A stretch of 63,946 nt of DNA, counting the filler. It is 7 parts of 7 records of this genome, joined end to end, with 100 filler letters (N's around TTAATTAATTAA, not from the genome) between each part and the next. Parts side by side here need not be neighbours in the genome. Positions count along the whole stretch, not along the records: positions 1 to 7,727 come from SRR31156797_49441; positions 7,828 to 13,225 come from SRR31156797_49455; 5 more parts are not named here. One strand, 5' to 3'. The translations under genes were made by a program, and so were the position numbers. Position 1 is the first letter of the stretch, and the number at the start of each line of letters is the position of its first letter. The notes under the pieces were generated by a model. It was given only the letters and a program-made list of their open reading frames with translations. It did not search any database and was not told where the DNA came from. Positions 1-9,693 of the stretch are shown piece after piece.

Positions 1-27
1 GGGCGCCCACAGGGGGGGCGCCCCTAC
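1..27 (-). repeat. GTAG-type REP-like palindrome at the contig edge
   Basis: The minus strand reads GTAGGGGCGCCCCCCCTGTGGGCGCCC: a GTAG foot plus two GGGCGCCC arms (1-8, 16-23), just downstream of the 55..381 gene. Confidence 0.6.
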
Positions 28-54
28 AATTTTTTAGTAACTTCCTTCTGGTTT

Positions 55-381
55 TCAGGCCCAGCCGACTTCTTTGCCTTCATTCAGTTTTTTTCTGTTA
101 ATCTTGGCGACAACGCCGGCGTCGGTTGGATCGGGACAACGAATGAATTCCGTTGAGACTCCATTATCATCGATTGTTTTTTCATACTCCGTATCCTTAT
201 ATTTCCAGGGCAATAAACCGCCGAATTGCAGAACGCGGATCATGGAATTGATGCTGTCAAGCAACCAGGGACAGATTTTACCGATGTCATCCGGATATTT
301 AAATGTTTCACCAAGCTGATGATGGTCGCAATTGCCGCACTTGAATATTTCGATCTCTATCGAGTAATTAATTTTTCCCAT
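55..381 (-). CDS. TIGR04076-family-like small Cys-motif protein
   Basis: Pattern C..H..GE.F ... CPW ... FGG.LPW ... CPDP; start moved to the ATG at 381, which follows a GAGGG/AAAGG RBS-like sequence. Confidence 0.65.
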   Translation of the reverse strand: MGKINYSIEIEIFKCGNCDHHQLGETFKYPDDIGKICPWLLDSINSMIRVLQFGGLLPWKYKDTEYEKTIDDNGVSTEFIRCPDPTDAGVVAKINRKKLNEGKEVGWA

Positions 382-785
382 AGACGACCTTTCACCCTCA
401 AAGACCTTCACTATGATATTACGCTAATATTACTAAAAAACAATCATTCAAAATACAGGTTCCCTATCAAGGTCGCTGTACGGGTAGTACCCGGCTTTTT
501 TCAGTTTTGTCTGAACGACTATGCTGCCATTGGCAACGGTATTTTCTATTTCACTTCGAAAAATTCCAATGTTAAGACACAGACCGCTCTATTGCCATCA
601 CTCTCAAGCTTTATGGGTTGGAACTAAAAATCAGGGATATCTCTGAGGCGCAGTAAATCCTCCTCTTTTAGAAAATGTTTTATAGCCCGGTAATCCCCAA
701 ACCATAAAAGCGGTGATAATAAATTGAATTTAAACGAATTATGGCGCATGGTCATTGAGTCGGATGATTTTATGATGAATATTTA

Positions 786-824
786 TTGACAAAATGCAAA
801 TAGACGTATACATGTCTACATGTA
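786..824 (+). promoter_or_regulatory. Sigma70 -35 box plus palindromic putative GntR/HutC operator
   Basis: TTGACA at 786-791; inverted repeat TACATGT-CT-ACATGTA at 809-824 overlapping the expected -10 region, upstream of the GntR gene. Confidence 0.5.
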
Positions 825-862
825 GCCTTGTTAAAGTCACAATCAACAAAGGACGGATTGCC

Positions 863-1615
863 ATGAGTGTGAAAATAATCAGCAGCAGACAAAAAATAGA
901 AGAGGCTCGACCCGCTTATTTAAAGGTTCAGCAGAAACTGCTTCAGGATATCGAGGAGGGCTGCTGGGAGCCTGACTCCCTCATTCCTACGGAAAAAATA
1001 CTGGCTGAACAACACAAAGTCAGCATAGGCACCATAAAGAAGGCAATCCTCAACCTGATAAATGAAGGGTGGCTGTACAGAATACAGGGCAAAGGAACTT
1101 TTGTCGCAGGAACTACATTGAGAAGAGAGAATTTAAAATACTATCGGTTTTTGCCCGGTTTTTTTGGGGAAGAATCCGAACTGAAAATCGGATTACTCAG
1201 CTTGAAACGGACGCGCGGCAGGAAAGATATCAACGAAGCTCTCAATTTAGGCGTGAAAAGCGACCTGTATGAGTTGCGTCGCTATTTGGGCGCCGCCGAA
1301 AAGCCACTCATATATGTGGTCTCTTATCTTCCGGTTAAGCTTTTTCCGGGAATGGATGAATTCCCTGCATCCAAGTTTGAAAAAACGACTCTCTATGACA
1401 TTGTCGAACAACAATACGGAATGCCCACCATATACAACCAGGAACTCATGTGCGTAGCCAAAGCGGATTCAGAAACAGCACGTGTTCTCGACGTCCCTGT
1501 TGGAGAGCCCTTGCTGCAAATGGAAATGCTGTCCTTTACCTATAAAGAAATGGCTTATGAGTATCGCTATAGTTACTGCCGTACCGATAAGAAGAAAATT
1601 TTCCGTGAGTTTTAA
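863..1615 (+). CDS. GntR family (HutC/UTRA) transcriptional regulator
   Basis: wHTH IPTEKILAEQHKVSIGTIKKAI..L...G...RIQGKGTFV plus a C-terminal UTRA-like domain; ATG at 863 after AAGGA. Confidence 0.9.
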   Translation: MSVKIISSRQKIEEARPAYLKVQQKLLQDIEEGCWEPDSLIPTEKILAEQHKVSIGTIKKAILNLINEGWLYRIQGKGTFVAGTTLRRENLKYYRFLPGFFGEESELKIGLLSLKRTRGRKDINEALNLGVKSDLYELRRYLGAAEKPLIYVVSYLPVKLFPGMDEFPASKFEKTTLYDIVEQQYGMPTIYNQELMCVAKADSETARVLDVPVGEPLLQMEMLSFTYKEMAYEYRYSYCRTDKKKIFREF

Positions 1616-1637
1616 AACAAGAATGTAGGAGAACTCA

Positions 1638-3503
1638 ATGTATCATATCAAGGAAGCCGATGTCGTCATCATAGGGGCGGGGGCGGCCGGCGCCATGTCG
1701 GCCATTTACGCGCACAGGACCGATCCAGACCTTTGTATAGTGGTCATGGACAAGAGCAAGACCGAGACTTCGGGCGCCGCCGGGCGAGGCATGGACGCCC
1801 TTAATACCATCGCCATTCCCCCTTACAGCAATCCCGAGGATGTTGTGGAAATGCTGACTAAGGTGACCGAGGGGGTCCTTGATCAGGAGGTGGCCTATAC
1901 CTATGGTGAAATGGGTCTGAGGGTTGTAAAGGATCTTGAAGACATAATGGACCGTCCCAAGGGCGACCTTTTCCCTGTAGATGAAAACGGCAATTACCGC
2001 CTCTATTACCTGCATCCCACAAACAAGCCCATGCTTCTGCCCATGCACGGTGAAGAGATGAAGCGGGCCATGGGCGCTGCGGTCAGGGCGACCGGCGCCA
2101 TAGTATACGACCGCACGCCGGCCATTAAGATTGTCACAGAAGGCGGGCGCGTAGCCGGCGTCTTGGGATTCAATATAAGGACTGGGGATTATTATTACGT
2201 AAAGTGCAAGGCCGTCTGTCTGACCACCGGATGCGCCGGCCGCATCAGTATACATAGCGCCGGGTATATGTCCGGGATGTATGAATTCCCAGGGAACACG
2301 GGCGACGGATACCGCATGGCTTATGAGGCCGGCGCTGAATTGGCGTCCATGGAATGCTTTCAGGCATCTACAAAGATCAAGGATCATGAGGGCCCGGCCT
2401 GCGGCTATGTGGCCGCCCCGCGGGGCGCCTATTCCGTAAACCGTCTCGGTGAGAGAGTCGCGGCGCATACCTATGCGAGCGGCGACAGCCGGCTGGCCAT
2501 GTGGCGCGAATATGCCGAGGGCAGAGGCCCGGTGTATTTGCGTATTGATCACCTGCCGGACGATATGATCGACGTTATCGAGAAGGTTCAGTTCGGCAAC
2601 GAACGCACTACCAGAGGCATGTTTCACCGGAACCGGGGACAGAGCTACCGTGAGACCAAGACAATTGAATTGGCCTTGGGCGACGATTTGGGCGCTTGCG
2701 GCGGGCACAGCAGTTCAGGGGTTTTGAGCGACAAGCATGGAGCGACCAATGTTCCGGGCCTTTACGTGGCTGGAGACATTGACGCCGGCCTGCCCCATTC
2801 TTATCTTGGCGGCGCTATAGGCATGGGCGGCCTGATCGGTGAAAAAGCTGCTGAATTCGCCGGCAACAACAACCGTCCCGAAATCGGGTCTCTGAAACCC
2901 TGGCTCAAAAAGCAGATAGACAAATTCGAAGCGCCTTTGCACCGGAGCAAGGGACTGCCCTCGAACCTGGTTGAATACAAGGCCAGAACAAGGATTCGCT
3001 ATTACCTTACTCCTCCCAAAAACCCGGAATATTTCAATCACGCCGTATGGTGGATGCAAAGAATCCGCCGTGAGGACCTGCCTGAAATAAAGGCAGTCAG
3101 CCCGAGGGACCTGCTCAGGGTCAATGAAATAGAGAGCATCCTTCTGGTGGGTGAAATGATGGCTCGCGCCAGCCTGGCCAGGGACGAGAGTCGCTGGGGT
3201 TATCACCACTGGCGTGTCGACATGCCGGCCAAGAAACAGGAATGGGATCGGACCTGGTTGATTGTTCACCGCGGCGCCGAGGATATGGAATTTATCAAAC
3301 GTCCTGTTCCGGCCTTCAAGTGGGATTATCCCGATTTCATGGAATACGAGTATCCCGAGCTTTCCTTTGACACCGGACGTTTGTTTCAGCGGGACGCGGA
3401 ACTCAGGAATCCGGAGTCCGATCCCTGGATGGGAGAACATTTAAAGAGAGAAGGCATGAATCCTCCTAGGCGGTTTATGTCTGGTACGGAACGAGGTGAA
3501 TAA
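1638..3503 (+). CDS. FAD-dependent oxidoreductase, SdhA/AprA superfamily, AsfA-like
   Basis: GAGAAG FAD-binding loop, NTGDGY..AY.AGA, TNVPGLYVAGD and RDESRWG motifs; AGGAG RBS. Confidence 0.85.
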   Translation: MYHIKEADVVIIGAGAAGAMSAIYAHRTDPDLCIVVMDKSKTETSGAAGRGMDALNTIAIPPYSNPEDVVEMLTKVTEGVLDQEVAYTYGEMGLRVVKDLEDIMDRPKGDLFPVDENGNYRLYYLHPTNKPMLLPMHGEEMKRAMGAAVRATGAIVYDRTPAIKIVTEGGRVAGVLGFNIRTGDYYYVKCKAVCLTTGCAGRISIHSAGYMSGMYEFPGNTGDGYRMAYEAGAELASMECFQASTKIKDHEGPACGYVAAPRGAYSVNRLGERVAAHTYASGDSRLAMWREYAEGRGPVYLRIDHLPDDMIDVIEKVQFGNERTTRGMFHRNRGQSYRETKTIELALGDDLGACGGHSSSGVLSDKHGATNVPGLYVAGDIDAGLPHSYLGGAIGMGGLIGEKAAEFAGNNNRPEIGSLKPWLKKQIDKFEAPLHRSKGLPSNLVEYKARTRIRYYLTPPKNPEYFNHAVWWMQRIRREDLPEIKAVSPRDLLRVNEIESILLVGEMMARASLARDESRWGYHHWRVDMPAKKQEWDRTWLIVHRGAEDMEFIKRPVPAFKWDYPDFMEYEYPELSFDTGRLFQRDAELRNPESDPWMGEHLKREGMNPPRRFMSGTERGE

Positions 3504-3742
3504 TGGAGCCTTTTGATTATGGAGCCGTTGAAGACTCCTTTTATTCCTGGATAGAGATTGACGAACAGAAGTGCAATAAATGCGGCGTTTGTGTGGATAT
3601 CTGCCCGATGGACGTATTACGCATGGGCCGACGGGGCTACCCGGTCATGCGCTACCGCGACGACTGTTGGTACTGCGATTATTGCGTATTCATGTGCCCG
3701 CGGCAGGCGTTTAAACTGGATTTGCCTTACCTGATTCGTTAA
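3503..3742 (+). CDS. 2x[4Fe-4S] ferredoxin, AsfB/AprB-like partner
   Basis: CNKCGVCVDICP and CWYCDYCVFMCP; start overlaps the flavoprotein stop (TAATG). Confidence 0.9.
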   Translation: MEPFDYGAVEDSFYSWIEIDEQKCNKCGVCVDICPMDVLRMGRRGYPVMRYRDDCWYCDYCVFMCPRQAFKLDLPYLIR

Positions 3743-4149
3743 CACGCCGATTTACTCCGGTAAAAATAACGGAAAAACATTTTGGCGATTCAGAAAGTGT
3801 AATGAATATGGAGATGAATAGTTTCTGATCACTTATGATTATGTGAGGAGAGAATGTTCTATAATTTGGATGTCAAAACGATATTTCGGGTGAAAAGAAT
3901 ATCAATAAATCAGTTCCTTATTTATTCGGAACCAAGCCTGTTCAATAAGTAAAATGTGCGGGTATTGGACTTTAAACACAAAAATATAGATGCTTTGAAT
4001 AATTCGAGAAAACATATTTACCAAGCGTATGATGGATGACCGAAACGTCTTGGCGCCCGAAAACAACATGGGAAGCTGATGAAGCTAGTTTCTATTCCAA
4101 AGAACGTGAGAGTGAATTTTAATTAAAGTCTGCAAAAGGAGGACAGCTG

Positions 4150-5565
4150 ATGAAGAATGATATTTGGAAGTTGAGCGCCTGTGATTTGGTCGCGAAAATC
4201 CGTGAAGGTAATATCTCATGTGTTGAAGCCGCGGAAGCAGCTATCGAACGAATGAGAGAAGTCAACGGCAGGTTGAATGCCGTAACCTACGATTGTTCTG
4301 AAGAAGCCATGGTAAATGCTAGAAAAGCAGACGAGCTTTTGGAATCCGACGTAGCTCCAGGACCTCTCCACGGGGCGCCCATTACCGTCAAGGAGAACCA
4401 GGACCAAAAGGGCGCTCCCACGACAAACGGCCTGCCTTCGCTTGAAAACAGTATCGCCCCTGATGATTCACCGGTAGTCTCCAACCTGAAAAAAGCCGGG
4501 GCGGTGATCATCGGACGGACTAATACACCGGAGTTCAGTCTACGGATCACCACAGACAATCCTTTGCGGGGGCTCACCCTGAATCCGTGGGACGAATCCT
4601 TAACTTGCGGAGGATCTTCAGGAGGCGCTGCAAGTTCCGTTGCCGCAGGCATCGGACACATCGCCCTCGGGAACGACGTGGGCGGATCCCTTCGCTATCC
4701 AGCCTACTGCTGCGGCCTTGCAACTGTTCGACCGACTTTGGGGCGTGTGCCCGCGCATCTCTTTACCGGCGGCGAGCGACCGCCTCTTTTTCATATGATG
4801 GCTGTACAGGGATTAATCGCTCGCGAGGTTCGGGACGTACGCCTTGGACTCCGGGCGGCGGCTATGGGAGATCCCCACGATCCATGGTGGGTTCCCGCAC
4901 CTTTTGACTGGCCGCCGTTGGAACACCCCATCCGAGTAGCTGTGGCCAAGGTTCCTGAAGGCTACACCGTTCATCCTGCTATCGCCGAAGCAGTGGATCA
5001 GGCTGCTGGATACCTGGCGAACGCCGGATACAAGGTTGAAGTCGCAGAGGCCCCCATGATCTCAGAGGCGTTGAACCTGTGGGGAGAATTACTGCTCGCG
5101 GATGTCAAGGCCATGGTCCAACCTAATATCGAAGCTTTCGGAAGCGAAACGATAAAGGATTTATTTGATCAGTATTATCAAATATTCAACGTAAGAGATG
5201 ATTTCGATTCCTACGTTCGCGGGTTTTCAGAGCGAAACCGTATTGCCAGGGAGTGGAACCTGTTCCTGGATAAATATCCACTCGTCCTAACGCCATTATC
5301 ACTGGCGCCGCCGATATCCGCAAATGGGGATATTCAGGGCGTCGAACGTCTGCAAGAACTTATACGTGAGTCACTCTTTATGTCCAGCATGAACCTTCTG
5401 GGCTTGCCGGCGGCGACAGCCCCCACCGGCCTTTATCAAAACGCCCCCATCGGCGTCCAGATTATCGGCCGGCGCTATCGTGAGGATACATGTCTAGACG
5501 CCGCAGAGGCTGTTGAGCGATCCGTTGGAATCATGGCTCACAGACTATGGGAGAAGATGGGATGA
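4150..5565 (+). CDS. Amidase signature family enzyme
   Basis: GPLHGAPITVKEN, GGSSGGAA and GNDVGGSLRYPA (Ser-cisSer-Lys triad motifs); AGGAGG RBS. Confidence 0.9.
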   Translation: MKNDIWKLSACDLVAKIREGNISCVEAAEAAIERMREVNGRLNAVTYDCSEEAMVNARKADELLESDVAPGPLHGAPITVKENQDQKGAPTTNGLPSLENSIAPDDSPVVSNLKKAGAVIIGRTNTPEFSLRITTDNPLRGLTLNPWDESLTCGGSSGGAASSVAAGIGHIALGNDVGGSLRYPAYCCGLATVRPTLGRVPAHLFTGGERPPLFHMMAVQGLIAREVRDVRLGLRAAAMGDPHDPWWVPAPFDWPPLEHPIRVAVAKVPEGYTVHPAIAEAVDQAAGYLANAGYKVEVAEAPMISEALNLWGELLLADVKAMVQPNIEAFGSETIKDLFDQYYQIFNVRDDFDSYVRGFSERNRIAREWNLFLDKYPLVLTPLSLAPPISANGDIQGVERLQELIRESLFMSSMNLLGLPAATAPTGLYQNAPIGVQIIGRRYREDTCLDAAEAVERSVGIMAHRLWEKMG

Positions 5566-5786
5566 CAGACGTCCATTGCTTTTAAAAGAACTTTCTTCAA
5601 AGTCAATAAAACAAAAAGACACCCATTTATTATTGTTTGAGAAAATACGACCTGAAGCAATTTAATATCCTGATAATACAATTAAATTTGATTAATGGCC
5701 TTCTGTATGTTCGGGAGGCCGGGAAAAATATTTCGTGTTTACAATAACGCAACTGTTTCGATGTAAAAGCGAAATAAAAAAAATCC

Positions 5787-5826
5787 TTGACAGGCGTGTG
5801 AACATGAGTTACTTAAACGTTAAAGC
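5787..5826 (+). promoter_or_regulatory. Promoter -35 box and LacI-type operator (copy 1)
   Basis: TTGACA at 5787-5792; ACTTAAACGTTAAAGC at 5811-5826 with a central CG. Confidence 0.55.
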
Positions 5827-5932
5827 GTGTAGAGTTATACTATACATAGTAAACATGCATGATAAACGTAATATTTCCTGAACAACTGAAGCATACTGCG
5901 AAATCAATTTTTCGACCTGGCGGATCGAGACA

Positions 5933-6982
5933 ATGGCTGGTAAAAAAACAACCATAAAAACCATTGCCCAAAAAGCCGGCGTTACTCCGACTTCGGTTTC
6001 CCTCGCCTTGAATGACCGCCCGGGATTAAGCCCCCAAACCCGCCAAAAAATTATCCGTATTGCCAAGGAATTGAATTACCAACCCGATCTGGTCGCGCGT
6101 AGTATGATCAAGAAAAAAAGCCAGACCATCGGGCTGCTGGTTAATAATGTTTCGGATCCCTTTTTTGCCCGCATGGTCGATATTGTCGAAACCGTGGCCG
6201 ATAATAACGGCTACAGTGTAATTGTCTGTAATGTGCACAATAATAGCGATCTGGAAAAAAGACATATCGACATATTGGATGGTAAAAGGGTGGACGGCAT
6301 GGTTATCGCCGCTGTTAATTGCGACTCGCCCCACATTAAGAATCTCGTGGAAAAGGACTATCCGCTTGTTTTCGTCCATCGACGAGTATACGACCGGGAA
6401 GTTTCCAAAAGAGTCCATCACGTTATCCTGGATAACCATAACGCCGGATATGACGCCGTTACACATCTGTTCAGACTAGGGCACGACCGGATCGCGGTTT
6501 TAGCCGGAACTCTTAAATCATCCGCCAATGTGGAAAGAACCGAAGGCGTTAAAAAGGCGCTGCAGGAGCATGGGATATTCAATTCTTCATGTATATTGGA
6601 ATGTAACAATTCCAAGGATGAAGCCTACGTCGCGACTGAAAAGCTTATCCGTAATAAAAAGCCTCCCACCGCGTTTTTTGCCCTGGATGACGACATGGCC
6701 GTCAGTTCTCGCGAAGCCCTTTTGAAAAATGGAATATCAATACCTGAAACCGCGGCCCTGCTGGGATTTGACGATATCGAAGTCAGTTCCCTGACCGGCA
6801 TAGAGCTTTCCACTGTCCGTGAGAAAGAATCCTGCATGGCCAGGTTGGGCGCGGAGCTGCTTATAGAAAATTTAAAACTAGGCGCTGTTAATCAGCATAA
6901 CGCCCCCGTGCAAATTGTTTTGGAGTCTGAGTTGGTTATTAGAAAAACATGCGGATATCACAAAACAGGATATATACGGTGA
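5933..6982 (+). CDS. LacI family transcriptional regulator
   Basis: HTH TIKTIAQKAGVTPTSVSLALN, hinge YQPDLVARSM, periplasmic-binding-fold C-terminus (GFDD). Confidence 0.92.
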   Translation: MAGKKTTIKTIAQKAGVTPTSVSLALNDRPGLSPQTRQKIIRIAKELNYQPDLVARSMIKKKSQTIGLLVNNVSDPFFARMVDIVETVADNNGYSVIVCNVHNNSDLEKRHIDILDGKRVDGMVIAAVNCDSPHIKNLVEKDYPLVFVHRRVYDREVSKRVHHVILDNHNAGYDAVTHLFRLGHDRIAVLAGTLKSSANVERTEGVKKALQEHGIFNSSCILECNNSKDEAYVATEKLIRNKKPPTAFFALDDDMAVSSREALLKNGISIPETAALLGFDDIEVSSLTGIELSTVREKESCMARLGAELLIENLKLGAVNQHNAPVQIVLESELVIRKTCGYHKTGYIR

Positions 6983-7108
6983 TGGTGTTTAGCAATCAGT
7001 CCATGATTTTGATCGAACAAGGTAAAGAGATAATTTCGCCAATATAAACAGTCTGATAAGTTGACTAAGCTGTTTCTGGAGGCAAAGAATTATATTTTTT
7101 ATAAAACT

Positions 7109-7124
7109 ATTTAAACGTTTAAGT
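7109..7124. promoter_or_regulatory. LacI-type operator (copy 2)
   Basis: Perfect palindrome TTAAACGTTTAA at 7111-7122 upstream of the amidohydrolase; its reverse complement matches copy 1 at 13 of 16 positions. Confidence 0.6.
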
Positions 7125-7268
7125 TGTTTGTTCCGTTATTAAGAATCGAAGCGCGGAGTAAACCGCACCGGTCCGGAGGCGCCGGATAAAAAAACGTAAG
7201 CGCCGATCAGGCGGGCGCTCTAGCACTTAAGAACGAAAGAACTAATAGAATGACAGGAAAGACTGACC

Positions 7269-7727
7269 ATGAATAATAAATCCAGGACGGACTCGCTCCG
7301 CAGGGAATTGTCCTCTCTCGGGGCGGATACGGTCCTCTTCAATGCCAATGTTGTAACAATGAATCCGGAACAACCCCGGGCCGAAGCGATTGCTGTTAAA
7401 GACGGCCGGATAATCGGCGTGGGGCGAAATGGTGAAATCGAATCATATTGCGGATCTGAAACAGAAAAATTCGATTTCAAGGGTAAAACTGTTATCCCCG
7501 GTTTTATAGAATCCCATAACCACATGGGCATGTACGCTTCCTTTATAAAAGAGATTGCCTGCGGCTATGATAAAAACAAATGCATAGACGATATTCTGGC
7601 CAAGGTTAAAAAACGCGCCGGAGAAGTCCTGCCCGGCGAATGGATAATGGGGTGGGGATATAACGACGTTTTGATGGCCGATAAAAGGCATGTAAACCGT
7701 TACGATCTGGACCAGGTCGCGCCGGAC
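7269..7727 (+). CDS. Amidohydrolase 3 (YtcJ-like) family, 3'-truncated
   Basis: AEAIAVKDGRI..VG, GKTVIPGFIESHNH metal motif, GEWIMGWGY; runs into the gap. Confidence 0.85.
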
Positions 7728-7827
7728 NNNNNNNNNNNNNNNNNNNNNNNNNNNNNNNNNNNNNNNNNNNNTTAATTAATTAANNNNNNNNNNNNNNNNN
7801 NNNNNNNNNNNNNNNNNNNNNNNNNNN
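7728..7827. other. Artificial contig spacer
   Basis: 44 N + TTAATTAATTAA + 44 N. Confidence 0.98.
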
Positions 7828-8361
7828 GAACTTCAGGCTCTGTGGCTGAAAGAACAGGGTGTCAAAACCCCCCTCTATATTACAGGAAAGACCGAAGAGG
7901 TCTCCGCCGACCGTCGCAGGATGGAAGGTTTTCTCGATACCTATGAGAAGAGAAATGTCCGGCTTATTGATAATCTTTCGGGGCTGGAAGAGGGAAAACG
8001 GAGAGCCCGGGAGATGGCAGAAATCACAGAATCCGGCGGCATCGACGGGATAGCCTGCGTCAACGATATGACTCTCCTGGGAATTCTATCGGGATTGGAA
8101 GAAAGCAAAACAGGAACCATCGGGACCGCCCTTCGGGAGCTGCCGATGATTGGATACGACAACCTCCCGGTCCTGCCCCTCTTTCCCGGCACACCTGCCA
8201 CCATCGATCTTCGGCTTAACCGCATCTACAGGAGAGCCGCCTCCAAACTTCTGAAACATCTGACCGGCAGTGCGCCCCTCTCGGGCCCCCTGGAACCACA
8301 TGAAATTATTCCGCCGGAGATCAGGACAGTAATTGCTCCAGATCCGACTCAGCTTCAGTAA
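7828..8361 (+). CDS. LacI-family regulator, C-terminal ligand-binding domain, 5'-truncated
   Basis: Open from the contig edge; RRRMEGF, DGIACVNDMT, MIGYDN, PATIDL motifs. Confidence 0.75.
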   Translation, partial: ELQALWLKEQGVKTPLYITGKTEEVSADRRRMEGFLDTYEKRNVRLIDNLSGLEEGKRRAREMAEITESGGIDGIACVNDMTLLGILSGLEESKTGTIGTALRELPMIGYDNLPVLPLFPGTPATIDLRLNRIYRRAASKLLKHLTGSAPLSGPLEPHEIIPPEIRTVIAPDPTQLQ

Positions 8362-8980
8362 GGCTTTCGCAAATCCGATAGCAGAGGTTCTGCATCTCAT
8401 CATCCGGGGTTATTAAATCGGGAACCATCACCGGCCGCATCCCCGCAACCTGTGCAGCCCTAATCCCCTCAAAAGAGTCCTCGAAAACCAGACAGTCCCC
8501 AACAGGAACACCCAGTGTCTCTGCGGCTTTAAAAAAAATCTCAGGGTTCGGCTTTGATTCACTCACTTCATCCCCGCAGACAAGCTGATCGAAGAACTTC
8601 CGGATACCGCCGAGCATCAAGAGCCCCTCGACATCCTTCCGTCGGGTGGAACTGGCCACCGCCAGGGGAATCCCCCGGCCTTTTAAAACAGTAAGTAAAG
8701 AATCGACTCCCGCCTTCTTCTCCACCCCCTTCGTTTCCAGATGGTTAATAACCTGATGGTGTATCCTGTGATCCCACTCATCCAGGGGAAAATCGGAGCC
8801 CAGATTTTCGATCAGTATCTCCCTCGTCCTGATATGACAGGTCCCCACACAGGCCAGATAAACCTCATCAGGAATATGGTAGCCCATGGACTCCACGACC
8901 TTTTTAGATTCCTCAACATAGAGATTTTCGGTGTCAAAAAGAAGCCCGTCCATATCAAAAATCACTGCACCAATAGCCAA
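8321..8980 (-). CDS. HAD-superfamily phosphatase (beta-PGM-like)
   Basis: IFDMDGLLFDTE motif I, KPNPEIF, FEDS..G; TTG start after GGAGG. Confidence 0.88.
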   Translation of the reverse strand: MAIGAVIFDMDGLLFDTENLYVEESKKVVESMGYHIPDEVYLACVGTCHIRTREILIENLGSDFPLDEWDHRIHHQVINHLETKGVEKKAGVDSLLTVLKGRGIPLAVASSTRRKDVEGLLMLGGIRKFFDQLVCGDEVSESKPNPEIFFKAAETLGVPVGDCLVFEDSFEGIRAAQVAGMRPVMVPDLITPDDEMQNLCYRICESLTEAESDLEQLLS

Positions 8981-9085
8981 AACAACCTCCGGATGACGAT
9001 AATTTATCCCGGAGTATACCATTTTTGAATAAAAGTGACACTTGAACTGCAGATAATTGTTGAAAGAGAGACAAGGAGATTAAGA

Positions 9086-9634
9086 ATGCGTATGAACGGA
9101 CTGTTTTTCGGCGGCCTCTTCTGGGGAGCCCTTCTGGTTCTTATCGGAACCTCTATCATAATTAAGTCGGTATTCAATATCGATCTGCACCTGGGGCGAT
9201 TCTTTTTCGCTGCCGTTGTGATACTCTTCGGTATTTCAGTGTTGACGGGAAAAAATGTCTTCAAAGGGCGGGTCTACCACGAAGAGGATCGGGCGACCTC
9301 GGTTTTTTCAAGCGACAATTTTGATCGGGGGCCTATAGAAAAGGAGTACTCTGTTATTTTTGGGAAGGAAATTATAGATTTACGGGAGTGGTCCCCGGAG
9401 AAGGATCCGATCAATATAAATATCAACGTGGTCTTCGGAATGGCCGAGGTACTGCTGCCACGGGAGACCCAGACAACAGTCAAGGGAACCACGATCTTCG
9501 GAGCCAGCCATTTTCCCGACGGCTCAACCCAGGCCTTCGGCGATCACACCTTCCGGAAGGACGGCGCCAAGGGCGGCCACAGTCTCTATATCGAGACCAA
9601 CACGATCTTCGGGAATCTGGTAGCGGAAGATTAA
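9086..9634 (+). CDS. LiaF/DUF2154-like membrane protein
   Basis: Two N-terminal TM segments, then repeated SVFS/VIFG/VVFG/TIFG beta motifs; AAGGAG RBS. Confidence 0.7.
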   Translation: MRMNGLFFGGLFWGALLVLIGTSIIIKSVFNIDLHLGRFFFAAVVILFGISVLTGKNVFKGRVYHEEDRATSVFSSDNFDRGPIEKEYSVIFGKEIIDLREWSPEKDPINININVVFGMAEVLLPRETQTTVKGTTIFGASHFPDGSTQAFGDHTFRKDGAKGGHSLYIETNTIFGNLVAED

Positions 9635-9693
9635 AAAAAGGCGGCTGGACTCAAAAGGAATCCCGCCGCCGGTAAATTACAAAAACCGTCGGT

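Noticed and set aside
226-627. 133-aa plus-strand ORF
   Set aside because: Overlaps the better-supported minus-strand gene and has no motifs or RBS.
1638-3742. Calling the pair dissimilatory aprAB or sdhA
   Set aside because: The motifs fit the AsfAB-like branch better, the ferredoxin lacks the long AprB tail, and no qmo, sat or sdhBC genes are adjacent.
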